NCBI GenBank assembly: GCA_964478085.1
Contig: CAYZGY010000002.1
Location: 1-33,102, forward strand
DNA length: 33,102 bases
Origin: an uncultured Planctomycetia bacterium
GTDB lineage: Bacteria; Planctomycetota; UBA8108
Direction: 5' to 3'
Below, in pieces: positions 7,214 to 16,204 of this stretch (positions are counted from its first letter, which is position 1; every line of letters begins with the position of its first letter). Made by a program: the position numbers and the translations under genes. The notes under the pieces are model-generated. The model saw nothing but the letters and a program-made list of their open reading frames with translations. It did not search any database and had not been told where the DNA came from.

Positions 7214-9589
7214 TTGGACCTCCTCCCTGTCGTTCTGTTCGCCGACCGGCGGCGGCGCGTCATTCTGTTCCTGGTCCTCGCCCTGACGATCACACTCGGG
7301 ATCGGTCTGCGCGACCTCCGCGTCGAAACCGGCGTCCTCGACTGGCTCCCGAAGAGCAACCCGAATGTCGAAGCCTTCTCCCGCCTCTTCCGCGACCTCG
7401 ACGGCGCCGTCAATCAGGAGCTGATCTGGATCGAGCTCGACGACGAAAAAACACGCGCCTCGGGCGTCAACCGGGTCACCGATCACACAGCGCTTCTCGC
7501 GCAAGAGGAGCTCGTCGAGTACGTCCGCGCACGCGTCGATCGCATGCGCGGTCACTTCGGCGTCCTCTCGTTCCTCCAGTCCGCCGCCGCGAAGCTGCCC
7601 GGTCGACCCGGCGCGGCGAAGAACGATGGAGAGCCTGCACGCCTGCCGAGATCCGAAGGCGCCACGCGACTCCTCTGGGGATCGATCCGCGTCGTCGCGA
7701 AAGACTATGTTACGGCCTTCGTCTCCGAGGATGGTCGTGGCACGATCCTCTCCGTAATCTACGACGCACCCCCGCTCTCGACTGAAGCGCGCGCCGTCGG
7801 TCGCGAGCTCGCACAGGCCCTTCGCGACTACACCGGGTCGAACGACCGCGAGCACGACCTCTTTCGCGATGACCTTCTCGTCCCTTGCGGTCTCGCTTCG
7901 GGTACGTCGGCCATCGACGACAGCCTCTCGGACGGTCTTCGCCTCTGGGCCCCGATCGCGGCCGCGACACTCGCGATCCTCCTCGTCGTCCTTCTGGGAA
8001 GCCTACGCTCCGCCGCGACCGTCCTCGCCGTGCTCGCGGTCGGAGCGATCTGGACTCTCGGCGCGATGGGCTGGTTCGGCGCGACGCTCAATGTCGTCAC
8101 GATCGCGCTCGTCCCGCTCGTCCTCGGCTGCGGCATCGACTACGCAATTCTGATCGCGGTCGAATCGTCCGACGCACGCGACACACGGACCGCCTCCCCG
8201 GACGACACCCGCGCGACGATTCTCGAACGCGTCGGACGCAGCTCGGTCTCCGCCGTCTTTCTGACAGCCGTGACGACGTCTGCCGGTCTCCTTCTCCTCG
8301 TCTTCAGCGACAGCCCCGGCATGGTCGAGCTCGGACTCTACGCGTCGATCGGCATGCTCGGTCTCGCAGCGCTCGCGATCCTCATCTTGCCGTCGTCCGT
8401 GCTGCGCACGCGATCCTCAGCCGGCTCGCGGCTCGGCTCGCTTCTCGTGACTTGGGCCGGCGGCGTTTCGCGACGACGCGTTCTCGTTGCAGCCTGTGCG
8501 ATCACCGCGCTGGCCATCGGCGCAGCGCTTGCCGGTCGCCCGGTCGTCCTCCTCGACACGATCGATGGTCACTATCCACCCGAAGCTCGCATCGCACAAG
8601 TCACGCACCGCATGCGCGCACAGTGCGGCGGCGCCTTTCCCGAGATCGTCATCGTCGAAGGCGATCTCACGAAGCCCGGCGCGCTCGACAAAATCCGCAC
8701 ACTCGAGCGACGACTGCGCGACGTCGAGAAGCCTCTCGGGGACTTCCGCACCGTCAGCGTCGTCGATGTCCTTCGTCTGACCGCGCCAATGTCGCTCTTG
8801 CGCGGCGGGGCGGCGCTCGACTCTCCCGAAGAGGTCCGCGCAGCGATCGACAAGCTCTACGACGACCCCGTGCTCTCACCCTTCGGCAGCATGTTCGTAT
8901 CGCGTGACGCGCAAGTGTCGACGATGCTTCTTCTCGGTGCCGATCCCGGCAACGACCCGACCGTCGTCGAGAAGCTCTGGAGACAACTCGATGAGACGCT
9001 CGCCCGCGAGAATTTTGCCGAGGCCGGACTCGACGTCTCGTTCCTCGGCTATCGCACGATGGCCTACCTCTTTTCGTCGTACAGCCTCGAGTGGATCGGC
9101 CGCATCGGCGTCGTCTCGCTTCTCGCCGTGCTCGCGATGACCGCGCTATTCCTGCGCAGCCTTCGCGCCGTCGCGCTCGTCGGGGTACTCGTGCTTCTCA
9201 GCAGCGTGACGTGGTACCTCCTCGTCAACGCGTCGGGGATTTACGTCTCGGTCTTTCTCCTCTTCCCGCTCGTCTTCGTCGTCTGCATCGGAAGCGACTA
9301 CGGGCTCCACCTCCTCTTCCGCTTTCGTCTCGAAGGGCGAGGGGGTGACTCGACCCATCGAGTCTGGCGAACGACCGGTCGAGCGATCGTGCTGGCGGCG
9401 GTGACCGACGCGATCGCGTTTCTCCTCTTCTCGCCGATGGAGCTCGTCAGCGTCTCGCAAGTGATGATCGCCGTCGCGCTCGCCGTTGCTGCGGTGTTCG
9501 TAACGACGCTCGTCGTCGTCCCGATCCTGACGCGTCGAGACGCAGACCCGCCGTCGTCGAATTCCGCGGAAACTGGGGAATCCACCTAA
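7214..9589 (+). CDS. MMPL/RND-superfamily exporter (two TM bundles, two periplasmic loops)
   Basis: 791 aa; the TTG start at 7214 is uncertain. Architecture is TM1, a large loop, 5 TM (LVPLVLGCGIDYAILI...), a second TM, a second loop, then 5 TM (VVCIGSDYGLHLLFRF). This is the MMPL/HpnN-like pattern. Confidence 0.75.
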   Translation: MDLLPVVLFADRRRRVILFLVLALTITLGIGLRDLRVETGVLDWLPKSNPNVEAFSRLFRDLDGAVNQELIWIELDDEKTRASGVNRVTDHTALLAQEELVEYVRARVDRMRGHFGVLSFLQSAAAKLPGRPGAAKNDGEPARLPRSEGATRLLWGSIRVVAKDYVTAFVSEDGRGTILSVIYDAPPLSTEARAVGRELAQALRDYTGSNDREHDLFRDDLLVPCGLASGTSAIDDSLSDGLRLWAPIAAATLAILLVVLLGSLRSAATVLAVLAVGAIWTLGAMGWFGATLNVVTIALVPLVLGCGIDYAILIAVESSDARDTRTASPDDTRATILERVGRSSVSAVFLTAVTTSAGLLLLVFSDSPGMVELGLYASIGMLGLAALAILILPSSVLRTRSSAGSRLGSLLVTWAGGVSRRRVLVAACAITALAIGAALAGRPVVLLDTIDGHYPPEARIAQVTHRMRAQCGGAFPEIVIVEGDLTKPGALDKIRTLERRLRDVEKPLGDFRTVSVVDVLRLTAPMSLLRGGAALDSPEEVRAAIDKLYDDPVLSPFGSMFVSRDAQVSTMLLLGADPGNDPTVVEKLWRQLDETLARENFAEAGLDVSFLGYRTMAYLFSSYSLEWIGRIGVVSLLAVLAMTALFLRSLRAVALVGVLVLLSSVTWYLLVNASGIYVSVFLLFPLVFVVCIGSDYGLHLLFRFRLEGRGGDSTHRVWRTTGRAIVLAAVTDAIAFLLFSPMELVSVSQVMIAVALAVAAVFVTTLVVVPILTRRDADPPSSNSAETGEST

Positions 9590-9651
9590 GAACGGCGTGA
9601 GCGGCGTCGACTCGCTACTCAGGATGGACCAGGTCCCGTCTCACGGACTCG

Positions 9652-9882
9652 ATGACGACGACGAAGAAGAGCGCCCCGATGAACTACCGATTCTTCTCGA
9701 CCGCCCTGTGCCTCGCGACGCTCACAGTGGTCATCGGGTTCCCTTCCACGCTGTTCGCGCTCATCACCCTTGCCGTCCCGTGGTTCGGAATCGGCTACGC
9801 CGCCGGTGTGATCTACTACTACCCGTTCGTGCTCTTGGTGCTCGGGATGATCTCCGTGATCAAGGGCGTGCTCGAGGGGTGA
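9652..9882 (+). CDS. Small hydrophobic protein (2-3 predicted TM helices), unknown function
   Basis: 76 aa: MTTTKKSAPMNYRFFSTALCLATLTVVIGFPSTLFALITLAVPWFGIGYAAGVIYYYPFVLLVLGMISVIKGVLEG. Strong G/C third-position bias. Lies 62 nt downstream of the MMPL gene on the same strand. Confidence 0.5.
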   Translation: MTTTKKSAPMNYRFFSTALCLATLTVVIGFPSTLFALITLAVPWFGIGYAAGVIYYYPFVLLVLGMISVIKGVLEG

Positions 9883-10369
9883 GACGGCTCAAGCTCAAGA
9901 TCATGCTGACGCCGGCGCTCGCCCGTCGCGGCACTCACGGGTATCACGGGAACGCCCATCGAGACCGACTCGGCCTCGTCGATGAGCGCGTCGCGATCCT
10001 CGGGCACGTCGAGCTTGTTGAGCACGATCACAGGATCGGCACCGCAGTCCCACGTCGCGGTAAGGTAGCGTTCGATGCGGCGTGCGTTGAAGTCGCCGTC
10101 GAGCCCGCTGACAAGGAATACGGTGTCGACGTTGACCCGCCGCTCACGACGACCCAATCACCGACGGCGGGGAAGTCGCGCGCGCTTACCGCGTCGTGTC
10201 GCAGCCTGCCACTGATCTGCGCACCGGGCTCGTTCGCGCCGTCGTCGATCGTGAAGAGCTCGCGCTCCTCGAGAAAGACGCGTGCGGGTTAGGCGTCTTC
10301 GTATCCCGCGGCAAGCTCGCCAAAGGCCGCCTGAAGCTCGTCGTTCCAACCGAAGTCTTTGCGTATCAT
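9819..10369 (-). pseudogene. rsgA: Degraded ribosome small-subunit-dependent GTPase A gene
   Basis: ATG 10369 overlaps the DUF4416 stop (ATGA). The reading runs MIRKDFGWNDELQAAFGELAAGYEDA, then TAA (10289..10291), then in the same frame PARVFLEERELFTIDDGANEPGAQISGRLRHDAVSARDFPAVGDWVVV (OB-fold region). At about 10135-10145 there is a frame jump with loss of about 40-50 codons. It continues NVDTVFLVSGLDGDFNARRIERYLTATWDCGADPVIVLNKLDV...VIPVSAATGE (G4 NKxD region). Homology stops near 9915. The P-loop (GxSGVGKS), the rest of the GTPase domain and the zinc finger are absent. Confidence 0.7.
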
Positions 10370-10929
10370 GCGTCCATCTTGTCCCTTGATGCACGCTCTC
10401 GCAATTGCGCACGGAGCTTCTCGCGCATCGAGAGGAGCTCGTCGTCGTAGACGCCGCTGGCGAAATCGGGAAAGCTCCACTCGAAAGGACGGTAGAGCCC
10501 TTGTCGAAAGCGCGCTTGGATATCCGCCCAGATGCCGTCGCCAAGGTAGACCTTCTGCCCGGCCGCCTTCGCCGACGCGAGCACGTACTTGTGCGGATCG
10601 AGATAGCCGACGTCGAGGTTGACCGGACGACGCCCGTCGATGCGCAACTCGTCCTCGATCTCGATCGTCCGCCGCTTCGCGCTCGAGAGAGCCTCCGGAG
10701 AGACGAGCGACTCGAAGGAGATCAATCGCCGCGTCAGCCCGTCGCCCATCTCTTCGGCGTAGTAGTTCGAGTCGGCCCAAGGATGATCCGCACCGGAGAT
10801 GTCGATGGGGCCCCACTCCGCGTTCATCGATTCGATCGCCAGATCGAGTGACGAAGACGCGTCGCTTCCGTAGAGCACGGCGACGAAGAGTTTCACCGGA
10901 TCCGGTTCGAACTTCGTTCCCACTGCCAC
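10366..10929 (-). CDS. DUF4416 family protein
   Basis: VKLFVAVLYG...EWGPIDISGADHPWADSNYYAEEMGDGLTRRLISFESLVSPEALSSAKRRTIEIEDEL...RRPVNLDVGYLDPHKYVLASAKAAGQKVYLGDGIWADI matches my recollection of the DUF4416 (PF14385) pattern, and the length (about 187 aa) fits. I placed the start at GTG 10929, 14 nt after the upstream stop. The track ATG at 10986 would overlap the upstream gene by 44 nt. Confidence 0.65.
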   Translation of the reverse strand: MAVGTKFEPDPVKLFVAVLYGSDASSSLDLAIESMNAEWGPIDISGADHPWADSNYYAEEMGDGLTRRLISFESLVSPEALSSAKRRTIEIEDELRIDGRRPVNLDVGYLDPHKYVLASAKAAGQKVYLGDGIWADIQARFRQGLYRPFEWSFPDFASGVYDDELLSMREKLRAQLRERASRDKMDA

Positions 10930-10942
10930 GAACCTGTTCCTG

Positions 10943-11380
10943 TCACTCCCCGCGGAGCTTTCGAAGGCTCTTGAGGTCTTCGACATCTTTCGGACGCGCC
11001 GCGGCTTCCTTCATCGCGATCAACGCATCGAGACCAGCAAAACTCGCCGGGGTCTCACCAAACTTGTCCTCCACCCGCGTATCCCAAACGTCTGCGAACT
11101 CCATTCCCTTCACGAACGGATGAATATCCGTCGCCACGACGTACTGACGGATAAGGATCTTGTGCGTAAGAAGGTCCTCGACGCTCAGGTCCGTCACGTC
11201 GTATCCGAACTCTCGCAACGCGTTGAGAGTCTTCTCAGCGTTCGCCTGCGTCGGCTCGATGAAGACGTCGATGTCCAGAGTAGCGCGCGCGTAACCGTGA
11301 ATCGGGAAAGCGGTCGCCCCAATGATCACGTATCGGACTTCATTTGCGTTTAAGGATTTCAGTAGGCCTTCGATGTCCAT
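10943..11380 (-). CDS. Minimal nucleotidyltransferase-fold protein (DUF2204/MNT-like)
   Basis: 145 aa. EVRYVIIGATAFPIHGYARATLDIDVFIE fits the G-[GA]-x9-12-D-x-D pol-beta NTase signature. The C-terminus is GLDALIAMKEAAARPKDVEDL. GC is about 50-55 % against about 65 % in the flanks (hand count on sample blocks). Confidence 0.6.
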   Translation of the reverse strand: MDIEGLLKSLNANEVRYVIIGATAFPIHGYARATLDIDVFIEPTQANAEKTLNALREFGYDVTDLSVEDLLTHKILIRQYVVATDIHPFVKGMEFADVWDTRVEDKFGETPASFAGLDALIAMKEAAARPKDVEDLKSLRKLRGE

Positions 11381-11522
11381 GTCGGATCAACGCTTCCGCC
11401 ATCTGCTGAGACTTTTCGATCATCAGACGGAATCGCTCTTCAGTAGTAAGCGAGCGAAGAAACTCGAGGTCAAATTCGAGTTCGCGGTCTTCGTCGTCTT
11501 CTTGGATCTTCAGAATTGTCAT
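11340..11522 (-). CDS. 60-aa acidic/helical protein, putative partner (antitoxin-like) of the downstream nucleotidyltransferase
   Basis: MTILKIQEDDEDRELEFDLEFLRSLTTEERFRLMIEKSQQMAEALIRHGHRRPTEILKRK. It overlaps the NTase start by 41 nt. About 47-50 % GC. I recognise no family. Confidence 0.4.
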   Translation of the reverse strand: MTILKIQEDDEDRELEFDLEFLRSLTTEERFRLMIEKSQQMAEALIRHGHRRPTEILKRK

Positions 11523-11585
11523 CGATAAGCCTCGTATCGCGATCCTCGGGGCAACTCTATTCTAACCTGTACAGGGTCGATCGCA

Positions 11586-12461
11586 CTATCGACCACGTCG
11601 CGCCCCCTCAATCACCGCCAGCGCCTCCGCCGCGACCGTCGCGTCGATGCCGAAGTCCCGCGCGATGCGCTCGACGAGCCTCGTCGGATCGACGTCGATG
11701 CGATCGACACTCTCTTTCGTACGCGTTTGAAACCGCCGGTCTTGAAGATAGAGCTGTCGCTCACCGTCGACGCGCGTCAGGAGTGGGTAGCGCATCATGT
11801 CCCAGTCGAACGAAGCCGTCCAGGCGTCGAGAAATCGATCGGGGTCGGCCGGGTCGGTCTTGAAGGTCAATCGGGAGACCTCACTGGGACGGCGATTCGG
11901 GCCCTCTTGATGAACCGTACGCAGCTCGATCTTCGAGCCGTCGTCGTTCGGGACGAGGAGGAGACGATTGAAGCGCGTCTCGACGTCGAGCTCTCCCGAC
12001 TTCGCCGCGTCGAGCGGGATCGCGTCGACGATGAGAAAGCCCGGATCCAGGAGGTGCGGCGTCGCATCGATCCAAACGACGAGCGCACTGTGCGTGTCCT
12101 CCCCGTAATGACGGTCGGCGAGGAGCGGCTCGGCGCGAAAGCCGAGGGCACGGAGAATGTGAACGAGTGTCGCCGTCAGCGAGAAGCACGTCCCGCCCGT
12201 ACCGAGCCGGATGTGCTCACCGACGACCTCTTCGGCTCCGCGCTTCGTCGTGCGGCTTCGTCCCTCGCGCGACTCTTTGAGAATCTTCGTGAGGTTCTCG
12301 TAGGGGATGCGCGCGAAGGCTCTCGCAATGTCGCCGAGTAGCGCGCGAGGCGACGCGGTCACGTCGATACGAAAGTGACGCAAGAACGCACGAAGCGCGG
12401 GCGAGTCGCGATCCGGCGGATCGAGCGGGTTTTGGCAGGCGTCGACTGAAGATGGAGCCAC
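11586..12461 (-). CDS. Arylamine N-acetyltransferase (NAT) family protein
   Basis: FARIPYENLTKIL, GTGGTCFSLT (catalytic Cys context), THSALVVWID and LLDPGF fit the NAT Cys-His-Asp fold (PF00797). I placed the start at GTG 12461 (292 aa), because the track start 12653 would overlap the upstream ATPase gene by 136 nt. Confidence 0.7.
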   Translation of the reverse strand: MAPSSVDACQNPLDPPDRDSPALRAFLRHFRIDVTASPRALLGDIARAFARIPYENLTKILKESREGRSRTTKRGAEEVVGEHIRLGTGGTCFSLTATLVHILRALGFRAEPLLADRHYGEDTHSALVVWIDATPHLLDPGFLIVDAIPLDAAKSGELDVETRFNRLLLVPNDDGSKIELRTVHQEGPNRRPSEVSRLTFKTDPADPDRFLDAWTASFDWDMMRYPLLTRVDGERQLYLQDRRFQTRTKESVDRIDVDPTRLVERIARDFGIDATVAAEALAVIEGARRGR

Positions 12462-12517
12462 GATCGACTCGTCGAGAAGAAGAACGGCGGACGTCGGTCG
12501 AGAGACGGAGAGTGATT

Positions 12518-14713
12518 CTAACCCCTCGCCAGCGTTTCGCCGCTCCCGCTTCGCAGCCAATTCGGAGTCGTCTCGAACTCGTCGCGGCGCACCTTCGCGA
12601 TGATCTCCTCGAGCGTGGTCAATCCCGCACGCGCCTTCTCGACGGCGTCCCACCAGAGTGTCGTCAGGCCGCAGTCGTCCATCGCGATTGCGCGCAAGGC
12701 CTCTGCGGTGACTCCCGGGCGGTTGATCTCGAAGCGCAGGGCGTCGTTCGGCACGAGAATCTCGTGAATGCCGAAGCGGCCGCGATAGCCGATGCCGCTA
12801 CACTTCTCGCAACCGACCGCGCGCCACATCAGGGCACTCTCGTCGTCGTCGTCGTATCCGACGATGCGACGCTCGCCGGGCTTCGGCCGGTACTGCTCTC
12901 GACAATCGGGGCAGACGCGCCGGATCAGTCGCTGCGCACAGAGAAGCTCGAGCGAGGAGCTCACCATGAACGGCTCGATGCCCATCTGGATGAGTCGCGT
13001 CGCTGCGCTCGGAGCATCGTTCGTGTGAAGCGTCGAGAGGAGAAGGTGACCCGTGAGCGAGGCTTCGACGGCGATCTCGGCCGTCTCGATGTCGCGAATC
13101 TCGCCGAGCAGAATGATGTCGGGGTCCTGACGCAGAAAACAACGGAGCGCGCGTCCGAACGTCAGTCCGATGCCCGGGTGAACCTGAAGTTGGCTGATGC
13201 CCGGAATCGAGTACTCGATCGGATCTTCGGCTGTCTGGATGTTGAGCTCAGGACGCTGAATCTCGTTGAGCGCCGCGTAGAGCGTCATCGACTTTCCCGA
13301 TCCCGTCGGCCCGACGTGAAGAATCATACCGTAGGGCGATCGGATCTTCTCTCGATAGACTTCGAGGTTGCGCGGCGAGAAGCCGAGGTCGCTGAGCGGC
13401 AAGACGGACTTCTCCTTGTCGACGATGCGCATGACGACCTTCTCGCCGTGCTGCATCGGCGCGGTCGAGACGCGCAAGTCGAAGTTCGCAGCGACGTCGC
13501 TGAAATCGCGAAAGACGATGCGGCCGTCCTGTGGCAAGCGGCGTTCGGAGATGTCGAGACCGCACATGATCTTCAGTCGAGAGACGAGAGGGCGAATCAA
13601 CGAGAGCGGCTGGATGTGGTAGAGCTCGCGCAGGTCGCCATCGATGCGCACACGCACGGCAATCTCGTGCTCGGTCGGCTCGATGTGAACGTCCGAGGCG
13701 CCCATCGCGTGCGCCTCCTCGATGATCCGATTGACCGCGACGACGAGACGCTCGCCGCCGTCGGCTCCACCCTTTAGTGAGTCGAGGATCTCTTGAACAG
13801 TCTCGAGCCGTTTCGAGGAGCTCCCGCCGCTCAACGTGGTAGAGAAGACTCTCGCGATGTTCTTCGGCTCGCTGACGTAGACCTTGAGAGCGTCGCCCGG
13901 ATCCTTGAGGTCGAGGATGCTCCCGATCATCTGCCAGTCGAAGGGATTGCTGACGAGGAAGGCGCCGGGCTCCTCGAGCGCGAGCACCGCATTCTCGCGG
14001 CAGAACGACACGGGCAAACCCGCGAGGCGGATCGAGTCCGGATCGACGCGCTCGACGTACGGAAGCTCGAGCACCTCCGCGATCCACTCGGCGATCTGCC
14101 GTTCGGAGACCTTGAGCGTGTCGACGAGCGTGTACACCGACGCGACCGTCGAGTCTTGAATCGCGACGTGCGCCGAAACGTCGTTCGGGAACTTCGCGGA
14201 GAGGAAGTCGCGGAAGCGAGTAAACTCGCTGCGATGGACGCGTGTGCGGCTAAGGTCGCGCCACTCCCAAAGTCGACTCCAGCGGTCCTTGACGCCGAGG
14301 TGCGCCCGCACCTTCTCGAGGAGCTTGTCGCGCTCGATGGGCTTGAGCAAATAGTCCACCGCACCTGCTGCGATGAGCTGCGCCTTGTCCTCTACGTCTC
14401 GGCTGGCCGTCTGAAAGACGACTGGGACGTCCGGGCAAAGCTCGGGCTCCGCGAGCCGACGGCAGACGTCGAATCCGCTCATCCCTGGCATCATGACATC
14501 GAGAAGAACGAGATCCGGTGTGCGATCACGCACCGACTCGAGCGCCTCGGGGCCGTTCGCGGCTTGCACGACTTCGTATCCCGATCGTTCGAGCGTCGTC
14601 TTGAGGAGCTCGAGCGTGATCGGGTCGTCGTCGATGCAGAGAATCAGTGGAAGGGGCGACCGATCCGACAAAAATGTATCCTCGCGGTCCTCGTGCGGCG
14701 TGTGATGCCGCAC
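12518..14713 (-). CDS. Response-regulator receiver domain fused to a GspE/PilB-family type II/IV secretion ATPase
   Basis: 731 aa. REC domain: LILCIDDDP..., acceptor Asp in DLVLLDVMMPGMSG, VVFQTAS, DYLLKP. Middle: a GSPII_E-N/MshEN-like domain (VSERQIAEWIAEVLELPYV...). ATPase: Walker A HVGPTGSGKS, Walker B DPDIILLGEIRD, His box LLLSTLHTND, tetra-Cys CPDC...CEKCSGIGYRGRFG. Confidence 0.9.
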   Translation of the reverse strand: MRHHTPHEDREDTFLSDRSPLPLILCIDDDPITLELLKTTLERSGYEVVQAANGPEALESVRDRTPDLVLLDVMMPGMSGFDVCRRLAEPELCPDVPVVFQTASRDVEDKAQLIAAGAVDYLLKPIERDKLLEKVRAHLGVKDRWSRLWEWRDLSRTRVHRSEFTRFRDFLSAKFPNDVSAHVAIQDSTVASVYTLVDTLKVSERQIAEWIAEVLELPYVERVDPDSIRLAGLPVSFCRENAVLALEEPGAFLVSNPFDWQMIGSILDLKDPGDALKVYVSEPKNIARVFSTTLSGGSSSKRLETVQEILDSLKGGADGGERLVVAVNRIIEEAHAMGASDVHIEPTEHEIAVRVRIDGDLRELYHIQPLSLIRPLVSRLKIMCGLDISERRLPQDGRIVFRDFSDVAANFDLRVSTAPMQHGEKVVMRIVDKEKSVLPLSDLGFSPRNLEVYREKIRSPYGMILHVGPTGSGKSMTLYAALNEIQRPELNIQTAEDPIEYSIPGISQLQVHPGIGLTFGRALRCFLRQDPDIILLGEIRDIETAEIAVEASLTGHLLLSTLHTNDAPSAATRLIQMGIEPFMVSSSLELLCAQRLIRRVCPDCREQYRPKPGERRIVGYDDDDESALMWRAVGCEKCSGIGYRGRFGIHEILVPNDALRFEINRPGVTAEALRAIAMDDCGLTTLWWDAVEKARAGLTTLEEIIAKVRRDEFETTPNWLRSGSGETLARG

Positions 14714-14902
14714 CCTCGTGCTACCAAGTTCGGCCTCGCTTGCGGCGAACCTTGAGGGAACTGAAACGACGTGAATCGCAGTAGGCGAGTCGGTCTACGC
14801 GATCTCGCAATCGCACGCTCCCGCTGTTAGAGTCTCGGAACGAGGTGGCCTCGTCGGTCTCGACACCTCGTCCATTCGACCTACGTGAGCTCACCGACTC
14901 TC

Positions 14903-16204
14903 ATGGATCTGAAGATCACGGATCTCGTCGTCCGCGACATTCGCTTTCCCACTTCTCGCACGCTCGCCGGATCCGACGCGATGAATCCGGATCCCGATTA
15001 CTCGGCTGCGTACGTCGAGGTTCAGACGGACAGCCCCGACGGACTCGCCGGTCACGGTCTCGCGTTCACGATAGGACGCGGCACCGAGATTTGCGTCGCC
15101 GCGATCGAAGCGTGGAAGCCCTTCGTCGTCGGTCTCAGCCTCGCAGACATCAGCGGAGACATGCGGACGTTCTGGAAGCGCGTGACGGGCGACAGCCAAC
15201 TGCGGTGGGTCGGACCCGAAAAAGGAGCCGTGCATCTCGCCTCCGCCGCGATCGTCAATGCGGCATGGGACCTCTGGGCGAAAGCCGAAGGAAAGCCGCT
15301 CTGGCGTCTCGTCGCGGAGATGAGCCCCGAGGACCTCATCGGAACGATCGACTTCACGTACCTGTCCGATTTCCTCAGCGAATCGGAAGCGCTCGACATC
15401 CTCAAGCGCTGCGAGCCGACACGCAACGAGCGCATCGCCGAGATGATGCGCGACGGCTATCCTGCGTACACGACCTCGACGGGATGGCTCGGCTACTCGG
15501 ACGAGAAGCTGCGTGAGCTCTGTCGCGAAGCGCTCGCTGAGGGATGGTCCCACTTCAAGATCAAGGTCGGCCGCGACCTCGACGACGACATCCGCCGCGC
15601 GCGCATCATCCGCGAAGAGATCGGCCCTGATCGCAAGCTGATGATGGACGCGAACCAGATCTGGGACGTCGACGAAGCCATCGAGTACATGCGCAAGCTC
15701 GCGGAATTCGACCCCTGGTGGATCGAAGAGCCCACGAGCCCCGACGACGTCCTCGGCCACGCGGCGATCTCGAGAGCGATCCGGCCGATCGGCGTCGCGA
15801 CGGGGGAGTGCTGTCAGAATCGCGTGCTCTTCAAGCAGCTCATACAAGCCGACGCGATCCAATTCGTGCAGATCGACAGCTGCCGACTCGGCGGCGTCAA
15901 CGAAGTCCTCGCGGTGATGCTCCTCGCCGCGAAAGCCGGCGTCCCCGTCTGCCCGCACGCGGGTGGCGTGGGGCTCTGCGAGCACGTGCAACACCTCTCG
16001 CTCATCGATTACATCGCGATCAGTGGAAAGCTCGAGAATCGCATCGCGGAGTTCGTCGATCACCTGCACGAGCACTTCGAGCACCCGGTGACGATGAAGA
16101 ACGGGCGGTACATGCCTCCGATCGCGCCAGGGTACAGCATCTCGATGAAGGAGGAGTCGCTCGCAGAACACGAGTATCCGAACGGGCCGGTTTGGGCGGG
16201 GTAA
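14903..16204 (+). CDS. fucD: L-fuconate dehydratase (enolase superfamily, mandelate racemase subgroup)
   Basis: DIRFPTSRTLAGSDAMNPDPDYSAAYVEVQTD, GAVHLASAAIVNAAWDLWAK, KIKVG, MMDANQIWDV, WIEEPTSPDD and VQIDSCRLGGVNE match FucD/ENOSF1-type sequences. ATG 14903 is preferred; GTG 14885 is possible. Confidence 0.88.
   Translation: MDLKITDLVVRDIRFPTSRTLAGSDAMNPDPDYSAAYVEVQTDSPDGLAGHGLAFTIGRGTEICVAAIEAWKPFVVGLSLADISGDMRTFWKRVTGDSQLRWVGPEKGAVHLASAAIVNAAWDLWAKAEGKPLWRLVAEMSPEDLIGTIDFTYLSDFLSESEALDILKRCEPTRNERIAEMMRDGYPAYTTSTGWLGYSDEKLRELCREALAEGWSHFKIKVGRDLDDDIRRARIIREEIGPDRKLMMDANQIWDVDEAIEYMRKLAEFDPWWIEEPTSPDDVLGHAAISRAIRPIGVATGECCQNRVLFKQLIQADAIQFVQIDSCRLGGVNEVLAVMLLAAKAGVPVCPHAGGVGLCEHVQHLSLIDYIAISGKLENRIAEFVDHLHEHFEHPVTMKNGRYMPPIAPGYSISMKEESLAEHEYPNGPVWAG

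Noticed and set aside
11566-11575. 10-bp perfect palindrome CCTGTACAGG 44 nt upstream of the small ORF of the NTase cassette, considered as an operator
   Set aside because: Roughly 30 perfect 10-bp palindromes are expected by chance in 33 kb, so this is not significant on its own.
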